Source: Tolypothrix carrinoi HA7290-LM1
GTDB taxonomy: Bacteria > Cyanobacteriota > Cyanobacteriia > Cyanobacteriales > Nostocaceae
NCBI GenBank assembly: GCA_019358935.1
Contig: JAHHIK010000038.1
Span: forward strand, 1-64,000
Reading direction: 5' to 3'
DNA length: 64,000 nt
Under the pieces are notes generated by a model that saw nothing but the letters and a program-made list of their open reading frames with translations, made no database searches and had not been told where the DNA came from. Both the position numbers and the translations under genes were made by a program. Positions 59,464-64,000 of the stretch are shown in pieces. Positions within the stretch are counted from its first letter, which is position 1. The number at the start of each line of letters is the position of its first letter.

Positions 59464-62400
59464 ATGCCTGATATTAAACGTAGTTTCGCAGTACTTATTG
59501 GGATTAATCAATATATTAATAATATTCCAGAATTAAAAACAGCTTGCAATGATGCCCAAAAAATCGCCGAAACTTTAGAAAAAAAATACCACTACAACGT
59601 CCTCACCTTACTGGATACAGATGCTACTCACGCACAAATTAATAATTTGTTAACAGCTCTGGAAGCGCATACATTACCTTCTTCTGATAATAGTAAAATT
59701 CAAATTCAAGAAACTGACCGAGTATTCTTCTACTTTGCCGGACACGGTATCGCCTTAGATGCATTAGATAGCGCTGATGGTCCAACAGGCTTTCTTGTTC
59801 CTCAAGATGCACGTATGGATAATGACAGCAGTTTGCTACCTATGAAGCGACTGCACGATGCTTTAATTAAACTACCATGCCGTCATATATTAATTATCCT
59901 AGATTGTTGCTTCGCAGGCGCATTTCGTTGGGCAGGTAACAGAGATGCCGTGCGTCAAAATAAAGTATATCGCGAACGTTACGATCGCTTTATCTCTAGT
60001 TGCGCCCAGCAAGTAATCACCTCCGCCGGCGATGATGAAAAAGCCGCCGATTCGTTGTATCGATTTGGAGAACGCAACGAAGATTCGGGAAACTCCCCTT
60101 TTGCAGAATTACTTTTAAACGCGCTATCAGGAAAAGCAGATTTCAGCAGCGATGGAGTCATCACAGCTACGGAAATATACGTATATATACATGGCGAATT
60201 GGGCAAGACAAGCGTCAAGCAAACTCCAGGATTCTGTCAACTCATACGTCACGACAAAGGCGAGTATATCTTTCCCGTTCCTGGGTTTGACCCGAATAAA
60301 TTAGCACCAGCACCCGCACTCGATGAAAATACCAATCCTTACAGAGGATTGAACTCGTTTGAAGAAAAAGATAGCAGCCTCTTTTTTGGCAGAAAAGCCT
60401 TAATCGAAAAATTGCAAGCATTCATCATCAACCAACCGTTAACAGTAGTGCTGGGTGCTTCCGGTTCCGGAAAATCGAGCTTGGTGAAAGCCGGATTAAT
60501 TACGCAGTTAAAGGTGGGGCATGGGGCAATGGGCAATGGGCAATGGGAAAAAACGCGTTCCCAATTACCAATTACCAATTCCCAATTCCCGATGCCCCAT
60601 GCCCCATGCCCAATGCCCATTGCCCAATTACCAATTCCCCAAGAATGGCGCATTCTCGCTCCCATTCGTCCAGGAGAGTCTCCTTTCAAAGCTTTGAATA
60701 ATGCACTTTTACAGGAAAAGCTACCAACTTTCGTCCAGCCGAAGCTGCAATTTGAAGAAGAATTACAGACTCTTTATCAAAATATAAAAGCTTGGACTGA
60801 AGCTCATAAAAATGCTAAATTACTCCTCGTCATTGACCAGTTTGAAGAATTAGTAACTCTGTGCCGAAATGAAGATGAGCGCTTAAAGTTTATGTCGGGG
60901 TTAGCAAGAGCAATATCAGCTTTTCCCGAACAGTTACGCATTGTGGTGACACTAAGAAATGACTTTGAACCGCAATTTCGCAATACACCTTTAGAAGCTT
61001 ATTGGACAGCGGCAAGATTTATCGTGCCAGCAATGTCACGCTTGGAATTGCGCGATTGCATTGTCGAACCAGCTACCGCTAGGGTAATGTTTTTTGAACC
61101 GCCAACTTTAGTAGACCAAATAATTGATGAAGTAGCACAAATGCCCGGAGCGTTGCCGCTACTTTCTTTTACTTTGAGCGAACTATATTTAAAATATATT
61201 AAAAGTGCTAGAGAGGACAAAAGAAATAATCGGGCAATTACTCAAGCCGATTATGAAGAATTAGGTGGAGTGACACGCAGTCTCACGCAACGAGCAGACT
61301 ATGAATATGATGAATTAATTAAACTTGATTCTGCTTACGCTCACACTATTAAACACGTCATGTTACGGATGGTAGCTATAGGTGTTGGTGATTTGGCACG
61401 TCGGCGAGTGTTGTTATCAGAATTGGAATATCCCAAAGCAGAAAATACGCGGGTAAAGTTACTAATTGAGCGTTTTTTGGCAGCACGTCTGCTAGTAGGA
61501 GGACAAGATACTGAAGGTAACAGTTATGTAGAACCGGCTCACGATGTCTTAGTGCGGGGATGGCAAAAACTACTGACTTGGAAAGACCAAGAATTAGGTT
61601 CGTTGCTGCTGCAACGCGAACTAACACCGACTGCGAATAAATGGACAACTCAAAGACGAGATAAACAAGCGGTTGGTTTGTTGTGGAATAACGATCCGCG
61701 TTTACCGTTGGTTAAGCAGATATCAGAGTCTGATAAAAGTTGGCTGAATTCTATAGAGTTGGAGTTTGTTCAACGCAGCATCACAAGAAGACGAAACAAT
61801 CGGCGTCGCACAGTTGGTATTGTGAGTGGAGTTATTGCCTCACTGACTGGATTAACTATTTTTGCTTTGGTTCAACTTCAGTTGTCGCTGTTGTCGCAGT
61901 TACAGGAAAAAGCAGCCATAGCAGAAAATCGCCTACCTATAGCTCCTGTAGATGGACTGGTTTTAGCGATTCAGACTGCTGGTGAAAATCGTTCATTGTT
62001 ACCGTGGCACATATCGAACCCAGTGAAATCTAGTTTACTTTATGCAGTGCAAGCCACTAAAGAGGGAAATCAGTTGACAGGTCATAGCGATCGCGTCACT
62101 TCTATAGCTTTTAGTCCCGATGGGCGCTACATCGTCAGCGGTAGCGAAGACAACACAGTGCGTTTGTGGGATATGTCCGGTAAACAAATTGGACAACCAT
62201 TTACAGGTCATGCAAAACCGATTACATCTGTAGCTTTTAGTCCCGATGGGCGCTACATCGTCAGTGGTAGCGAAGACAACACAGTGCGTTTGTGGGATAT
62301 GTCTGGTAAACCAATCGGCAAATTATTTACAGGTCATACAAAACCGATTCAATCTGTAGCTTTTAGTCCCGATGGGCGTTATATCGTCAGTGGTAGTGAA

Positions 62401-63939
62401 GACAACACGCTGCGTTTGTGGGATATATCTGGTAAACCAATCCGCAAAGCGTTTGTCGGTCATACAAAACCTGTCTGGTCTGTAGCATTTAGTCGGGATG
62501 GAAAATACATCGTCAGTGGTAGTAGGGATAAGACAGTGCGTTTGTGGGATATTTCCGGAAATCCTGTAGGGAAACCGTTTGCAGGTCATACAGATTCTGT
62601 TTGGTCTGTAGCTTTTAGTCCAGATGGACGTTACATCGTTAGTGGTAGCGATGACAGAACAATACGCTTGTGGGATATGTCTGGCAAACCAGTAGGGCAA
62701 CCATTCCCAGGTAATAGAAGTGCTGTTTTATCTGTTCGCTTCAGTCCCGATGGGCTGTATATAGTTAGTGCCGGTTTTGACAGGATAGTGCGGTTGTGGG
62801 ATCTATCCGGCAATCTGATTGGAGAACCGCTTAAAGGTCATAAAAATCCGGTTTCATCTGTAGCCTTTAGTCGGGATGGGCGATATATTGTCAGTGGTAG
62901 TGGCGATCGCACAATCCGCTTGTGGGACATTAGCAATAAAATCGGGCAACCGTTGCGAGGTCATACAACTAATGTCGCATCTGTGGCTTTTAGTCCTTCG
63001 GGGCATTATATCGTCAGTGGTAGTCTCGATAAGACACTGCGCTTGTGGGATATTTCTGGTAAGTCGATTGGGCAACCATTTTTAGGTCATAAAAATTCGG
63101 TTACATCTGTAGCTTTTAGTCCAGATGGACGTTACATCCTCAGTGGTAGCGAGGACAAGACACTGCGCTTGTGGGATATTAAAGGTAATTCGATTGGACA
63201 ACCATTTACAGGTCATACAGGTAAAGTCTATTCTGTAGCTTTTAGTCCTGATGGGCGTTACATCGTCAGTGGTAGCGAGGACAAGACACTGCGCTTGTGG
63301 GATATTAAAGGTAATTCAATTGGGCAACCATTTACAGGTCATACACAGCCTACATTTTCTGTTGCCTTCAGTCCCAATAGTAAGATGATTGTTAGTGGCG
63401 GTGACGACAGAATGGTGCGCTTATGGGATCTTTCTGGTAAAGCGATCGCCCAACCATTCCAAGGTCATGAGGGTTCGATTTCATCTGTGGCTTTTAGTGC
63501 AGATGGACGTTATATCCTCAGTGCCAGTTACGACAGGACAATGCGCTTGTGGGACATTCAGGGTAAACCAATTAGACAAGCGTTTGTCGGACATGAGTTT
63601 GGTGTGACATCTGCCGCTATCAGTCGCGATGGGCGCTACATTGTTAGTGGTAGTCAGGACAAGAATGTGCGCTTGTGGAACTTTTCTGACAGCAATATTG
63701 GGCTAAACTTTCAAGGTCATACAAATAATGTCACATCTGTTGCCATCAGTCCTGATGGACGCTACATCGTTAGTGGTAGTCGAGACAAAACACTACGCTT
63801 GTGGCAAACTCGATGGGAAGATTGGTTAGAAGTTGCTTGCAACAACTTGCAAAATCATCCTGTGTTGCAAAACCCCCAGACAGATGAGGCTAAGGGAGCG
63901 AAAGATACTTGTGAAAAATATGTTTGGCGTGAGAAATAA
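59464..63939 (+). CDS. Caspase-family protease + nSTAND1-type NTPase + TM + 14 WD40 repeats
   Basis: FYFAGHG, ILDCCFAG; NPYRGL..F, FFGR, GASGSGKSSL, LVIDQFEEL, PGALPLL; TM after RRRNNRRR; 14 GH...WD repeats. Confidence 0.92.
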   Translation: MPDIKRSFAVLIGINQYINNIPELKTACNDAQKIAETLEKKYHYNVLTLLDTDATHAQINNLLTALEAHTLPSSDNSKIQIQETDRVFFYFAGHGIALDALDSADGPTGFLVPQDARMDNDSSLLPMKRLHDALIKLPCRHILIILDCCFAGAFRWAGNRDAVRQNKVYRERYDRFISSCAQQVITSAGDDEKAADSLYRFGERNEDSGNSPFAELLLNALSGKADFSSDGVITATEIYVYIHGELGKTSVKQTPGFCQLIRHDKGEYIFPVPGFDPNKLAPAPALDENTNPYRGLNSFEEKDSSLFFGRKALIEKLQAFIINQPLTVVLGASGSGKSSLVKAGLITQLKVGHGAMGNGQWEKTRSQLPITNSQFPMPHAPCPMPIAQLPIPQEWRILAPIRPGESPFKALNNALLQEKLPTFVQPKLQFEEELQTLYQNIKAWTEAHKNAKLLLVIDQFEELVTLCRNEDERLKFMSGLARAISAFPEQLRIVVTLRNDFEPQFRNTPLEAYWTAARFIVPAMSRLELRDCIVEPATARVMFFEPPTLVDQIIDEVAQMPGALPLLSFTLSELYLKYIKSAREDKRNNRAITQADYEELGGVTRSLTQRADYEYDELIKLDSAYAHTIKHVMLRMVAIGVGDLARRRVLLSELEYPKAENTRVKLLIERFLAARLLVGGQDTEGNSYVEPAHDVLVRGWQKLLTWKDQELGSLLLQRELTPTANKWTTQRRDKQAVGLLWNNDPRLPLVKQISESDKSWLNSIELEFVQRSITRRRNNRRRTVGIVSGVIASLTGLTIFALVQLQLSLLSQLQEKAAIAENRLPIAPVDGLVLAIQTAGENRSLLPWHISNPVKSSLLYAVQATKEGNQLTGHSDRVTSIAFSPDGRYIVSGSEDNTVRLWDMSGKQIGQPFTGHAKPITSVAFSPDGRYIVSGSEDNTVRLWDMSGKPIGKLFTGHTKPIQSVAFSPDGRYIVSGSEDNTLRLWDISGKPIRKAFVGHTKPVWSVAFSRDGKYIVSGSRDKTVRLWDISGNPVGKPFAGHTDSVWSVAFSPDGRYIVSGSDDRTIRLWDMSGKPVGQPFPGNRSAVLSVRFSPDGLYIVSAGFDRIVRLWDLSGNLIGEPLKGHKNPVSSVAFSRDGRYIVSGSGDRTIRLWDISNKIGQPLRGHTTNVASVAFSPSGHYIVSGSLDKTLRLWDISGKSIGQPFLGHKNSVTSVAFSPDGRYILSGSEDKTLRLWDIKGNSIGQPFTGHTGKVYSVAFSPDGRYIVSGSEDKTLRLWDIKGNSIGQPFTGHTQPTFSVAFSPNSKMIVSGGDDRMVRLWDLSGKAIAQPFQGHEGSISSVAFSADGRYILSASYDRTMRLWDIQGKPIRQAFVGHEFGVTSAAISRDGRYIVSGSQDKNVRLWNFSDSNIGLNFQGHTNNVTSVAISPDGRYIVSGSRDKTLRLWQTRWEDWLEVACNNLQNHPVLQNPQTDEAKGAKDTCEKYVWREK
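60515..60640 (+). repeat. In-frame STRR insertion within the STAND domain
   Basis: Inverted GGGCAAT / ATTCCCA / ATGCCCC heptamer tracts encoding GHGAMGNGQW...[17 protein letters not shown]. Confidence 0.85.
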
Positions 63940-64000
63940 TATTGTGTCCGTTGAATTAACACTAATATAAAACACCGCAAACCTGGTAGAGACGTTCTGC

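Overview
This is chromosomal DNA from a filamentous, probably heterocyst-forming (Nostocales-type) cyanobacterium. The assignment rests on dense HIP1 octamers (GCGATCGC), heptamer STRR tracts, small palindromic dispersed repeats, and genes for a CBS-CP12 fusion and ferredoxin-thioredoxin reductase. Bases 1-8.6 kb are an accessory island containing: an IS200/IS605-type end in a probable hicA; an intact and a decayed hicB that bracket an antirepressor-like gene and a nonsense-split, catalytically degenerate HerA paralog; a PEP-CTERM surface-protein pair; an IS630 that truncates an IscB (OMEGA) element whose omega/HEARO RNA is interrupted by a MITE; and an RHH-type gene carrying phased palindromes. 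The middle of the window is mostly core genes (lptA/B/F, ftrC, typA, pdxH, argB, aroK, ubiX, an RNase R-like gene, clpP, mobA) interspersed with toxin-antitoxin modules and pseudogenes. Next come a methyltransferase / 2OG-Fe dioxygenase / amino-acid ABC locus around a 9x21-bp palindromic array, and an iron-chelate ABC transporter. The window ends with its strongest candidate system: two membrane-anchored caspase-family proteins, one fused to a lipase-type hydrolase and the other to a STAND NTPase plus 14 WD40 repeats. No rRNA, tRNA or CRISPR array was recognised. All calls come from motifs read by eye; no searches were run.
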